Positions 29,377 to 38,935 of a stretch of 64,000 bases of DNA are shown piece by piece (the stretch's first letter is position 1; each line of letters begins with the position of its first letter). The position numbers and the translations under genes were made by a program. Source of the stretch: a virus (taxonomy: Duplodnaviria > Caudoviricetes); the IMG/VR virus record IMGVR_UViG_3300026077_000001; one strand, 5' to 3'. A model generated the notes under the pieces. That model saw only the letters and a list, made by a program, of their open reading frames with translations, did not search any database and was not told where the DNA came from.

Positions 29377-29811
29377 ATGTCTAACATACAAAGGTACCGT
29401 AGTGCTGATCTACCAGCATTAATGGATAAAATTTTTACTAACTCACTAGGGTTGGATGATTACTTCGACAGCTTTAATGCTATGGAAACGTCGAACTATC
29501 CACCCTATAATATTGTTCACATTAATAATCATGAGTCCAGACTAGAGGTTGCACTCGCTGGATTCAAGAAAGATGAGGTTAAGGTATTTACTGAGTATGG
29601 AAAACTACATGTGGAAGGTGTCAAGGACACCCCTAAAGAGACCACCGAGCAGTATTTCCATAGAGGACTCGCAAAGAGAAGCTTTAAACGCTCATGGACT
29701 GTGGCAGAAGACACAGAGGTTATTGATGTTTCATTCGAGGATGGTCTATTGGTAGTTAAACTTGGTAAGGTGGTACCTGAGCACCATGCTCGTAAGGATT
29801 ACCTATCGTGA
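29377..29811 (+). CDS. hsp20: Small heat-shock protein Hsp20
   Basis: NYPPYNI, LEVALAGF, HRGLAKRSF and FEDGLL (alpha-crystallin domain). Confidence 0.96.
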   Translation: MSNIQRYRSADLPALMDKIFTNSLGLDDYFDSFNAMETSNYPPYNIVHINNHESRLEVALAGFKKDEVKVFTEYGKLHVEGVKDTPKETTEQYFHRGLAKRSFKRSWTVAEDTEVIDVSFEDGLLVVKLGKVVPEHHARKDYLS

Positions 29812-29834
29812 AACGAACACCAGGTGAGATAATC

Positions 29835-29996
29835 ATGCACCCCTTATGGATAGGACCTGTGATGGTATTGGGTTTCTTTGTAATGATACAGACCCTTCAT
29901 ACCGTCACCCACTGGAGGATGGAGATAGATGCTGATGCATACTGTCGAAACAATGCTGAGTGGGTGGAGTCACAGACAAACGATGATGATTACTAA
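29835..29996 (+). CDS. Small membrane hypothetical protein
   Basis: MHPLWIGPVMVLGFFVMIQ. Confidence 0.65.
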   Translation: MHPLWIGPVMVLGFFVMIQTLHTVTHWRMEIDADAYCRNNAEWVESQTNDDDY

Positions 29997-30015
29997 CATA
30001 TATAAAATACAACAG

Positions 30016-30039
30016 AAGAGACCCACGGGTCTCTTTTTT
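30016..30039 (+). terminator. Rho-independent terminator
   Basis: AAGAGACC-CACG-GGTCTCTT followed by a T run. Confidence 0.88.
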
Positions 30040-30052
30040 ATTTGGAGTTGAT

Positions 30053-30298
30053 ATGAACATGTATGTTAATTTGTGTACCCAATACACAAATAAGAGCGAT
30101 ACACTCACTGTGGACCTACCACCTGAGTATTCCGATGAATTCATGCAGATGGTGCATGTGTTAGCAGACGAGAGAAATATTTCAGCAAGACGTGCATTTG
30201 TTGACATGGTACGTTATACTTATTACAACCTGTTGGAGGGAACCAATGATAAAAATCGCAAGAATGCAAAACGGGGAAGACGTAGTAGCGGACGTTAA
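30053..30298 (+). CDS. Hypothetical protein
   Basis: ORF preceded by the SD GGAG. Confidence 0.65.
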   Translation: MNMYVNLCTQYTNKSDTLTVDLPPEYSDEFMQMVHVLADERNISARRAFVDMVRYTYYNLLEGTNDKNRKNAKRGRRSSGR

Positions 30299-30677
30299 AG
30301 AAATCCGTGCTAACGAAACCGATACTCAGGCACTTGCGTATGAATTTGAGAATGCTTTTACTGTCTCACTACTACAGTCTAGTAATGATATGTTTCAAGG
30401 TGCTGACAGTTATCAGGATGAGGAACCACCTGACCCTCTCGATTCACTGAGTGACCTAAGGTTACAATTCTTTCCTTGGTCTCCTCTTAGCACAGGACGT
30501 AACGTTGTAACACTATTTTCTGTAGTGTCTATGTCCGACCCACACCAGAATGTACTGGAGGGTTATCACAACGCACTTGAAAAGTTAAAATCACTTAAAG
30601 AAACCAATGCTGAAGGTATTACTACTGAAGACAGCCCCAGAGATGTATATTTTGGGGAAGATAACGGAGATGGATGA
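30246..30677 (+). CDS. Conserved T4-like hypothetical protein (possibly Sm-like)
   Basis: MIKIARMQNGEDVVADV...FFPWSP. Lies upstream of g43. Confidence 0.7.
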   Translation: MIKIARMQNGEDVVADVKEIRANETDTQALAYEFENAFTVSLLQSSNDMFQGADSYQDEEPPDPLDSLSDLRLQFFPWSPLSTGRNVVTLFSVVSMSDPHQNVLEGYHNALEKLKSLKETNAEGITTEDSPRDVYFGEDNGDG

Positions 30678-30879
30678 TGAGCCTTCGCTCCTTGTTGACG
30701 AGACCTTCCAAGTGAAGGGCTGTGAGACTGGAGACGGAGTGGATTTGATTCCATACCCCCATTACTCATCCAATAGACACATCTTCTTGACATCCACTGA
30801 TGTTTTGACTATACTGGATCCTTCTCCCCTAGTACAGGAGAGATACAACGAGACTATTGCAAAGCTATCTAAGAAATGA
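30607..30879 (+). CDS. Hypothetical protein
   Basis: ORF whose stop overlaps the g43 start. Confidence 0.65.
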   Translation: MLKVLLLKTAPEMYILGKITEMDDEPSLLVDETFQVKGCETGDGVDLIPYPHYSSNRHIFLTSTDVLTILDPSPLVQERYNETIAKLSKK

Positions 30880-33365
30880 GTGACTTTTATACCAATCTGG
30901 TTCTTCTGGGAGATGATATTCTCTACAGAGGTTATGAAGATGGCCAACCAGTGCAGTATCGTGAGAAGTCACATCCAGTCTTGTATTTCGTACCTCAGTC
31001 TCAGTCCAAACCATCCAAGTATAAAACCTTGGATGGTAGGAAAGCATATCGAAAGCAATTCGATGGTGCTAGAGAGGCACGTGACACTCTCAAGCAGTAT
31101 GAAGGTGCTGCTGGTTTAGAGGTGCATGGGTATGAGAGATTCATCTATCAGCACATAGGACAGAAGTTTCCTAGTGATATAGATTATGACATGTCTAAGA
31201 TGAAAATCTATACGATTGACATTGAGGTAGCATGTGAAAATGGATTCCCTGATGTAGAAGCATGTCAAGAAGAGATGCTTTGTATCACTATTAAAGACTT
31301 TAATACTAAGAAGATTATTACATGGGGCACACGAGAGTATAATTCTGAGCATGAGTATCGTGTCTTCTGGAAGGAGCATGAGATGCTTGAGGACTTTGTT
31401 AACTGGTGGGCACAGAATACTCCTGACATTATTACAGGATGGAACTGTAACCTATATGATATCCCTTATATTTGTCGAAGAGTAGAGAAAATCTTAGGTG
31501 AGAAGTGGAAGAAAGCACTGTCACCTTGGAAGATGGTTAGGGATAGAGAGATAGTTATTCGTGGTAGAAAGAATCTGGCATACAATGTAGTCGGGGTTAA
31601 CATCCTAGACTATCTTGACTTGTACCAGAAGTTTACTTATACAAACCAAGAGTCTTATCGCTTGGATCATATTGCTCATGTTGAGTTGGATGATGCTAAG
31701 TTAGACCACAGTGAGTATGAAAACTTCAAGGACTTCTACACTAATGATTGGGATAGGTTTGTTGAATACAACATCCATGACGTGAATCTTGTTGACCAAT
31801 TGGAAGATAAGATGAAGTTGATTGAATTGGCAGTCACCATGTCCTATGATGCTAAGGTCAACTTTGAGGATGTATATTCTCAGGTAAGGATGTGGGATAC
31901 CCTCATCTATAATGACTTATCAAAGAGGAACATCGTTGTTCCACCACGTGTAACTACAAAGAAGGATGACAAGTATGCAGGAGCCTACGTTAAGGAGCCG
32001 ATTCCTGGCTTATATGATTGGGTGGTCAGTTTTGATCTCAACAGTCTATATCCTCATCTCATTATGCAGTACAACATTAGCCCAGAGACGCTTGTCGAAA
32101 GAAGGCATCCCACCGCCAGTGTTGATGGACTGCTCAACCAAACTGTTTCTGTCGGAGGGGACTATGCTGTGTGTGCCAACGGAGCACAATACCGCAAAGA
32201 CATCCACGGATTTCTCCCAGAGATGATGCAACGCATCTACGATGAGAGGACAATATATAAGAAGCGTATGCTTCATGCAAAGCAAGAGTATGAAACAAAA
32301 CCAACAGACAAACTCAGACGAGACATTGCTAAGTTTAATAACATCCAAATGGCAAGAAAGATCCAACTTAACTCTGCCTACGGTGCTATCGGTAACCAAT
32401 ACTTCAGGTATTACAATCTTGCGAACGCTGAGGCAATCACTCTATCAGGACAAGTCTCAATCCGATGGATAGAAAACAAGGTAAACAAATACCTAAACAA
32501 TGTATTAAAAACTAACGAGAAAGATTATGTTATTGCTAGTGACACTGATAGTATTTACATCCATATGGGTCCTCTGGTACAAGCTGTATTCCCCAGTGGA
32601 GAGAAGGACGATCAGAGTACACTTAGGTTCCTTAAAAAGGTGTGTGATGTGGAACTTGATCGCTATATTGAGAGTGCTTATCAAGAAATGGCAACCTATG
32701 TAAATGCATACGAGCAGAAGATGGTCATGAAGCGAGAGAATATCGCTAACAAGGGTATCTGGACTGCTAAGAAAAGATATATTCTTAACGTATGGAATAG
32801 TGAGGGTGTCCAGTATGAGAAACCTAAACTAAAGATGATGGGTATCGAAGCAGTTAAGTCTTCTACACCTGCACCATGTCGTGTCGCTATTAAAGAAGCA
32901 CTCAATGTTATTATGACTGGTAGTGAGTCTGACACACAGAAATATATCAAGGACTTCCGTGAGAAGTTTGAAGCAATGCCACCAGAGGAAGTAGCATTCC
33001 CACGTGGTTGTAATAATATACAGAAGAATACATCTTCGGCCACTATCTATGGTAAGGGATGCCCTATGCATGTGCGTGGAGCGTTGTTGTACAACTTCCA
33101 CATTAAAAAGAATAAGTTGTACCACAAGTATCCTGTTATCCAAGAGGGTGAGAAGATTAAGTATCTTCATCTACGTACCCCAAACCGAATCAATGAGAAT
33201 ATTATCTCATTCTTTCAAACACTTCCCACCGAGTTTGGGCTTGACAATAGTATAGATTATGATTTACAATTTGAGAAGAGTTTCCTTGCTCCTCTTAAAG
33301 CAATCCTTGATACTATTGGGTGGGAAGCAGAGAAACGTCACACATTAGAGGCACTATGGTCTTAA
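30876..33365 (+). CDS. g43: Family B DNA polymerase gp43
   Basis: Exonuclease DIEV, FDLNSLYP, KIQLNSAYG, ASDTDS and KKRY. Uninterrupted. Confidence 0.99.
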   Translation: MSDFYTNLVLLGDDILYRGYEDGQPVQYREKSHPVLYFVPQSQSKPSKYKTLDGRKAYRKQFDGAREARDTLKQYEGAAGLEVHGYERFIYQHIGQKFPSDIDYDMSKMKIYTIDIEVACENGFPDVEACQEEMLCITIKDFNTKKIITWGTREYNSEHEYRVFWKEHEMLEDFVNWWAQNTPDIITGWNCNLYDIPYICRRVEKILGEKWKKALSPWKMVRDREIVIRGRKNLAYNVVGVNILDYLDLYQKFTYTNQESYRLDHIAHVELDDAKLDHSEYENFKDFYTNDWDRFVEYNIHDVNLVDQLEDKMKLIELAVTMSYDAKVNFEDVYSQVRMWDTLIYNDLSKRNIVVPPRVTTKKDDKYAGAYVKEPIPGLYDWVVSFDLNSLYPHLIMQYNISPETLVERRHPTASVDGLLNQTVSVGGDYAVCANGAQYRKDIHGFLPEMMQRIYDERTIYKKRMLHAKQEYETKPTDKLRRDIAKFNNIQMARKIQLNSAYGAIGNQYFRYYNLANAEAITLSGQVSIRWIENKVNKYLNNVLKTNEKDYVIASDTDSIYIHMGPLVQAVFPSGEKDDQSTLRFLKKVCDVELDRYIESAYQEMATYVNAYEQKMVMKRENIANKGIWTAKKRYILNVWNSEGVQYEKPKLKMMGIEAVKSSTPAPCRVAIKEALNVIMTGSESDTQKYIKDFREKFEAMPPEEVAFPRGCNNIQKNTSSATIYGKGCPMHVRGALLYNFHIKKNKLYHKYPVIQEGEKIKYLHLRTPNRINENIISFFQTLPTEFGLDNSIDYDLQFEKSFLAPLKAILDTIGWEAEKRHTLEALWS

Positions 33366-33622
33366 TATCCTGTCCACCAGTCTATCATTTACCTGGCACA
33401 TGGACTAAATGTAAGGGAGCAGTCATCCCTCACTTCAATCTAACACCTGGTCAGGGGTTTGGTGTATTCATGGGTCTGTTAGTGGTAGCACTAATGATCT
33501 ATGGTCTCTACATGACCTTTGGTAGTGGTGGTAAAGATCTCAGAGATGAGATAGACGAGCATTCTAAGATGCATGAGTTAGGAATAGCACATGGACATAG
33601 CCCAAGAACGAAACACAAATAA
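33356..33622 (+). CDS. psbN: PsbN-like membrane protein with [11 protein letters not shown] extension (copy 1)
   Basis: TM helix followed by [20 protein letters not shown], resembling the PsbN C-terminus. Confidence 0.6.
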   Translation: MVLISCPPVYHLPGTWTKCKGAVIPHFNLTPGQGFGVFMGLLVVALMIYGLYMTFGSGGKDLRDEIDEHSKMHELGIAHGHSPRTKHK

Positions 33623-33624
33623 TT

Positions 33625-34632
33625 ATGAGTTTTCTAAAAGATATTGTCAAGGAGATAGACAATGAATACGCTAGTGTCGTTGCTGATGGTGTTGCTGCTG
33701 GCGATACAAGTGGTTATATCGACACGGGTTCATACATCTTTAACGCACTACTCAGTGGCTCCATCAAAGGTGGGGTTCCAGGAAACAAAATCTCTGCTAT
33801 TGCAGGTGAGTCATCAACAGGCAAAACTTTTTTCTGTCTTGGTATGGTTCAGTCTTTCCTCGAATCTAATCCTGATGCTGGGGTTATTTACTTTGAGTCT
33901 GAAAGTGCGATAAGTAGAGAGTTAATTGAGTCAAGAGGTATTGATTCCAATCGTATGGTATTGGTGCCAGTTAATACTGTCCAAGAGTTTAGGACACAAA
34001 GTATTAAGATTCTTGACAAATATTTGGAACAGAAGGAACAAAAGCCTATGCTTATGGTGTTAGACTCCCTTGGTATGTTGTCTACCTCCAAAGAGATGGA
34101 GGACTCCGAGCAAGGTAAAGAGACACGTGATATGACACGTGCTCAAGTAGTCAAGTCTATCTTCAGAGTGCTGACACTGAAGTTAGGAAAGGCAAACGTG
34201 CCTTTAATTGTGACTAACCATACATATGATGTGGTGGGTGCATATGTGCCGACCAAAGAGATGGGTGGAGGTAGTGGTCTCAAGTATGCTGCCAGTAACA
34301 TCATCTACCTTAGCAAGTCTAAGGAGAAGGATGGGAAGGAAGTAATTGGTAACATTATCAAAGCTAAATTGGTTAAGTCAAGGTCAGCAAAAGAAAATTC
34401 TCAAGTTGCAGTACGATTATTTTATGACGAACGTGGATTGGATCGCTATTACGGATTACTGGAGTTGGGTGAGAAGCACGGAGTTTTTGACCGCAAAGGA
34501 AATAGGATTGTTATCAATGGCGATACTGTTTTCCCTTCGGTCGTTTATAAGAATCCCGATAAATACTTCTCGTCCGAAATCCTACAAGCCCTAGACGAGT
34601 GTGCTGCTAAAGAATTCTCTTATGGAACTTAA
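33625..34632 (+). CDS. uvsX: RecA-like recombinase UvsX
   Basis: Motifs [22 protein letters not shown] and MGGGSG. Confidence 0.96.
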   Translation: MSFLKDIVKEIDNEYASVVADGVAAGDTSGYIDTGSYIFNALLSGSIKGGVPGNKISAIAGESSTGKTFFCLGMVQSFLESNPDAGVIYFESESAISRELIESRGIDSNRMVLVPVNTVQEFRTQSIKILDKYLEQKEQKPMLMVLDSLGMLSTSKEMEDSEQGKETRDMTRAQVVKSIFRVLTLKLGKANVPLIVTNHTYDVVGAYVPTKEMGGGSGLKYAASNIIYLSKSKEKDGKEVIGNIIKAKLVKSRSAKENSQVAVRLFYDERGLDRYYGLLELGEKHGVFDRKGNRIVINGDTVFPSVVYKNPDKYFSSEILQALDECAAKEFSYGT

Positions 34633-35182
34633 AGACTTTATCAAGGTCTACGATGACGTGCTAGACCTTAATCTATGCAGAAATGCTATTGATTTATTTG
34701 AGCATGACACCGAAGTAGTTACTCGTCAAGAAGTACAAGACTTCTGTAAGTTTAACATGTTAAACATGACAGAAGAGACTGAGACGAATAATAAAAAAGA
34801 TTGGACAGTAGTCCATACGCAGGCAATCTATGCTGTTAAACAGTATGGTGAGCAATACATGAAGGAGTTAGACTGTGAGTCATTTTGGCCTAAGGCAAAC
34901 TCCCTAGAGCAGATCAAGATGATTAAGTATGGTAGACAGGATTACTTCAAACGTCACATTGATGTGGGAGATTACCAGTCTGCACGAAGATTTCTTTCTT
35001 ATTTTATTTTCTTGAATGATGTTGTCGAAGGAGGAGAGTTAAAGTTTCCTCTCTTAGACTTGTCAATCCAACCCAAACGTGGTAGGGTTGTCTTATGTCC
35101 GTCCTCATGGCAGTATCCTCATGAATTTGGGGTGCCAAGTAACGACAGTTATATGATAACAACATATCTGCACTACAAATGA
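34622..35182 (+). CDS. 2OG-Fe(II) oxygenase (prolyl-hydroxylase-like)
   Basis: [24 protein letters not shown] and YPH. Confidence 0.8.
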   Translation: MELKDFIKVYDDVLDLNLCRNAIDLFEHDTEVVTRQEVQDFCKFNMLNMTEETETNNKKDWTVVHTQAIYAVKQYGEQYMKELDCESFWPKANSLEQIKMIKYGRQDYFKRHIDVGDYQSARRFLSYFIFLNDVVEGGELKFPLLDLSIQPKRGRVVLCPSSWQYPHEFGVPSNDSYMITTYLHYK

Positions 35183-36549
35183 CACTAAAGATTGAAGAGA
35201 TTACCCTTAGTAAACTTATCCTCAACGAGAGTTACTGTAGAAAGGTTATGCCTTTCATTAAGAGGGAATACTTTGATGGACATCCTAATGGTGTCTTGTT
35301 TGAAACATTAACAGAGTATGTAAGTAACTTTGATACCAACCCAGAGCCTAATGCTTTGAAGATTGAGGTTGAGAAGAGACGTGACATAACTGAGGATGTA
35401 TATAAGGACATTGAAAGGTTTCTTGATAACTTAGATAGAGACCAATATAATGAAGACTGGCTTGTAGATACCACTGAGAAGTGGTGTAAAGAGCGAGCAA
35501 TATATCTCGCACTGATGGAATCTGTACAGATTGCTGATGGGCAAGACAAAACACGCACAAAGGATGCAATTCCAAGCATCATGTCTGAGGCATTGGGTGT
35601 ATGTTTTGATGATCATGTAGGACACGATTACATACAGGACTCTGATGACAGATATGACTTCTATCACAAGAAGGAAGAGAAGGTTCCCTTTGATCTCGAT
35701 TATTTCAACAAGATTACCAAAGGTGGTTTACCTAACAAGACTCTTAATATCGCACTTGCTGGTACAGGTGTCGGGAAGTCTCTATTCATGTGCCACGTGG
35801 CTAGCTCCATGTTGCTCCAAGGGCGGAACGTACTCTACATTACAATGGAAATGGCAGAGGAGAAAATTGCTGAACGAGTTGATGCCAACCTCTTGGACAT
35901 CCCCATCCAACAACTCAACAGTCCCCTCCTCACAAAAGAAAAGTACTCCTCCAAGTTGCTTCAGTTAAAGAAGAAGACACAAGGTAAGTTAGTAATCAAA
36001 GAATATCCTACAGCGTCTGCACATGTAGGTCATTTTAAGGCACTCTTAAATGAATTGTCATTGAAGAAAGGTTTCAGTCCTGATGCTATCTTCGTTGACT
36101 ACCTAAACATCTGTGCATCAGCTAGATATAAAGGGACTATAGTTAATAGTTACACATATGTCAAAGCAATTGCGGAAGAACTCAGAGGATTGGCAGTGGA
36201 GTTCAATGTACCTATCATCTCTGCAACCCAAACAACTCGTAGTGGGTTTGCTAACAGTGATGTCGATCTTACTGATACCTCTGAGTCATTCGGTCTTCCC
36301 GCTACTGCTGACCTTATGTTTGCTCTTATCAGTACAGAAGATATGGAACAACTCGGACAAATAATGGTCAAGCAGTTGAAGAATAGGTATAATGATCCTA
36401 CAATGTATAAGCGTTTCGTCATAGGTATTGACAGAGCGAAGATGAGGCTGTATGATTGTGAGCAAGCAGCTCAGGATGACATCATCGATGCAGGTGATAT
36501 CGAACCTGTCACACAAACCAAGAATAAATTTGAGGGACTCAAAGTATAA
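35179..36549 (+). CDS. g41: Replicative helicase gp41 (DnaB family)
   Basis: Motifs AGTGVGKS, ITMEMAE, FVDYL, SATQTTR and SESFGLP. Confidence 0.97.
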   Translation: MTLKIEEITLSKLILNESYCRKVMPFIKREYFDGHPNGVLFETLTEYVSNFDTNPEPNALKIEVEKRRDITEDVYKDIERFLDNLDRDQYNEDWLVDTTEKWCKERAIYLALMESVQIADGQDKTRTKDAIPSIMSEALGVCFDDHVGHDYIQDSDDRYDFYHKKEEKVPFDLDYFNKITKGGLPNKTLNIALAGTGVGKSLFMCHVASSMLLQGRNVLYITMEMAEEKIAERVDANLLDIPIQQLNSPLLTKEKYSSKLLQLKKKTQGKLVIKEYPTASAHVGHFKALLNELSLKKGFSPDAIFVDYLNICASARYKGTIVNSYTYVKAIAEELRGLAVEFNVPIISATQTTRSGFANSDVDLTDTSESFGLPATADLMFALISTEDMEQLGQIMVKQLKNRYNDPTMYKRFVIGIDRAKMRLYDCEQAAQDDIIDAGDIEPVTQTKNKFEGLKV

Positions 36550-37211
36550 TGGCAAAGAAATTTACCAATGAACCGCAAGGTAATGATGTGGAAGCAGCAG
36601 CAGAGAAGATTAACTCTGAAGCACGTGACCAGGTAGACAAAGCACAGAAAGATGTTGAGAAGATTAAGGAGGAAACTCCCCAGAAGATTGAAGACTTCGT
36701 TAATGACGACCGAATGGGTAGTGCTCCTAGGTCTAAAGGCATTGCTGCCGACAAGCTTAAAGATAGGGATAACAAGAAGGCAAAGAAGGGTAAGAAACAG
36801 GATAAATTTGAGATAGACCTAGACAACTACATGAAGTTTGTAGATAGGGTTACCTCTGATGCATCAAAAGATTACAATGCTTTGCTGTCTCGTTATGATG
36901 AGTTGCATAAAGCAGGTTGTAAGATTGAAAGACTAGACACTGCTGCATCTGGTATGGCATCAGAGGGTGGTGAGTTTATGGAGATTGTTAAGAAACTTAA
37001 GTTTCAAGGCAAACCATATGACAAGGCAACTAAAGAGCACCTAGAGAAAGAGTTGGGTGACATCATGTGGTATGTTGCACAAGCAGCACTAGCACTTGAC
37101 CTACGTCTTGATGAGGTTATCTATACCAACACTCTTAAGTTGGCAGCAAGATATCCTGGTGAGATGTTTAACGTCCACTACTCAGAAAATAGAGCACCTG
37201 GAGACATTTAA
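36549..37211 (+). CDS. mazG: MazG nucleotide pyrophosphohydrolase with a long charged N-terminal extension
   Basis: EGGEFMEIVKK...ELGDIMWY...NTLKLAARYP. Confidence 0.92.
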   Translation: MAKKFTNEPQGNDVEAAAEKINSEARDQVDKAQKDVEKIKEETPQKIEDFVNDDRMGSAPRSKGIAADKLKDRDNKKAKKGKKQDKFEIDLDNYMKFVDRVTSDASKDYNALLSRYDELHKAGCKIERLDTAASGMASEGGEFMEIVKKLKFQGKPYDKATKEHLEKELGDIMWYVAQAALALDLRLDEVIYTNTLKLAARYPGEMFNVHYSENRAPGDI

Positions 37212-37212
37212 A

Positions 37213-37347
37213 ATGGAACAACTTGATCTTGATAGAATTGCAACTGCACTTGAAAGAATTGCAGAGAAGCTAGACCATCTTCATATAGATGCTATAGATC
37301 ACAATCACGTTGAAGGTGATGTTAACACACACGCTAAAACTTGGTAA
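37213..37347 (+). CDS. Small hypothetical protein
   Basis: MEQLDLDRIATALERIAE. Confidence 0.6.
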   Translation: MEQLDLDRIATALERIAEKLDHLHIDAIDHNHVEGDVNTHAKTW

Positions 37348-37931
37348 TGAATTACATTCATAACAACTTAGGTGCACTTGAACCCCACGAGTGCACCTTT
37401 TTAATTAACTATTTTAAGCAGAACCCAGACAAACAAGTCGAAGGTCTTCTAGGATTTGGTGATTCTATGAGGGTATCTCCAGATGAGAAGAAGTGTACAG
37501 AGATATTTCTTTCATCAAATCTATTAATAGATCAGTTCATTTTTAAACCTGTTGCTAGGGTATTAAAAGAAACTTGTGAAGCATACATCAAAGAGTTTCC
37601 ATTCTTAGATAAGATAGGAGCGTGGCAAATAGCACCTAACTTTAAGATCCAACATTACAAACCAGGTGAAGGATACTTTAAAGAACATTGTGAGAATGAT
37701 GGTGGAACAGATGGTGATGCTGAGTATAGAGTTGTTGCTTGGATGATATATCTAAACACTGTTACTGATGGTGGAGAGACAGTATTCCCTACACAGAATG
37801 AACAGTTTAAACCTAACCGTGGTGATGTATTATTCTGGCCAGCATACTGGACACATCCACATCACGGAGTTGTATCCCCTTCACAAGATAAATATATCTT
37901 GACAGGTTGGTACAACTTTAGTGGCAGATAA
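37347..37931 (+). CDS. 2OG-Fe(II) oxygenase (prolyl-4-hydroxylase-like)
   Basis: HCE, WMIYLNTVTDGGET, WTHPHHG and KYILTGW. Confidence 0.85.
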   Translation: MNYIHNNLGALEPHECTFLINYFKQNPDKQVEGLLGFGDSMRVSPDEKKCTEIFLSSNLLIDQFIFKPVARVLKETCEAYIKEFPFLDKIGAWQIAPNFKIQHYKPGEGYFKEHCENDGGTDGDAEYRVVAWMIYLNTVTDGGETVFPTQNEQFKPNRGDVLFWPAYWTHPHHGVVSPSQDKYILTGWYNFSGR

Positions 37932-38931
37932 GGGAATTACAACACCATCAGCTCGATCTAGACTCATAGAAGATAATCCTGAGTGGAAATCTATTAGGCT
38001 GACATTACTTAAAAATACTTTGATGTATGATAAAACATCGAAGGAGGAGATTAAGTGTACTTGTAGGGAAGGTACTCAGGTCAAAATACAATCACCTAAA
38101 CTAGCTCAGTGTGGTCCAAACAAGAAGTCCAAGTGTGTACTAGCTAAGGTTGGTACTGCTGGACCTGGATATATTATGGTATCACATATACTTAAACCTG
38201 ATATAAAGACTAGGACTACTGATACTAAGAAAGCAGAACGAGCTGCTATGAAACAATTAGATAAAATATTAAAGGAGAAAGTTAAGTGTCTAGGAGAAGC
38301 AACAATATGTACACCTATAGGTAATATTGTAGGTGCTTGTGGTGTTGAAGAACTTAAAGGTACACCTAAAGCAGATTTTGCTATCGTAGATAAGAAGGGT
38401 AAGGAGATATTTTGGATATCACATAAGAAGACAGGTGGTGCAAAAGCATTTCAACAGTATGGTGGTGTGTCTAAGTCAGCAGGAAGGAAGATAGCAATGC
38501 ACGAACAAACACAGAACTTCTTACAACAGACTACTGCGTATGTAGATGATGATCAATTACAAGTACCAGTAATGAAGGAAATAAAGGATGAGAATTTAAT
38601 TCGTATGTCAGTGTTTGGTCCTGATGCAGATGGTAATAGTACAAAATTTGGTAAGAATAATTGTCACGTTTTAGGTCAAGGCAATGCAGTTATGACTTGG
38701 AAAGAAGATAACTGTTGGGATTTGAAATGGGAACATACTGTCTGGAACAATCGTAATGGTGTAGATGCTTTCACGAAAGGTGATGGTTATCAAGCAGTCT
38801 TTGGTGCTACCTTCCGTAAGGATAGAGGATTCACATATCTGGAACAGAAATATAAGGGTGCACGTGTGGGGATTTACCCAAAAGCATTGATGGAAGGTCG
38901 AACTAATGTTATAGTATTAAAGGACGCATAA
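37921..38931 (+). CDS. Hypothetical protein, putative PD-(D/E)xK-like nuclease
   Basis: PKADF...WISHK motif preceded by a beta-rich N-terminal domain. Confidence 0.5.
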   Translation: MADKGITTPSARSRLIEDNPEWKSIRLTLLKNTLMYDKTSKEEIKCTCREGTQVKIQSPKLAQCGPNKKSKCVLAKVGTAGPGYIMVSHILKPDIKTRTTDTKKAERAAMKQLDKILKEKVKCLGEATICTPIGNIVGACGVEELKGTPKADFAIVDKKGKEIFWISHKKTGGAKAFQQYGGVSKSAGRKIAMHEQTQNFLQQTTAYVDDDQLQVPVMKEIKDENLIRMSVFGPDADGNSTKFGKNNCHVLGQGNAVMTWKEDNCWDLKWEHTVWNNRNGVDAFTKGDGYQAVFGATFRKDRGFTYLEQKYKGARVGIYPKALMEGRTNVIVLKDA

Positions 38932-38935
38932 TAAT

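Noticed and set aside
35100-35182. Possible inactivation of the oxygenase at 34622 (Ser where a 2OG-binding Lys/Arg is expected)
   Set aside because: The metal triad is intact and alignment by eye is too uncertain to call a pseudogene.
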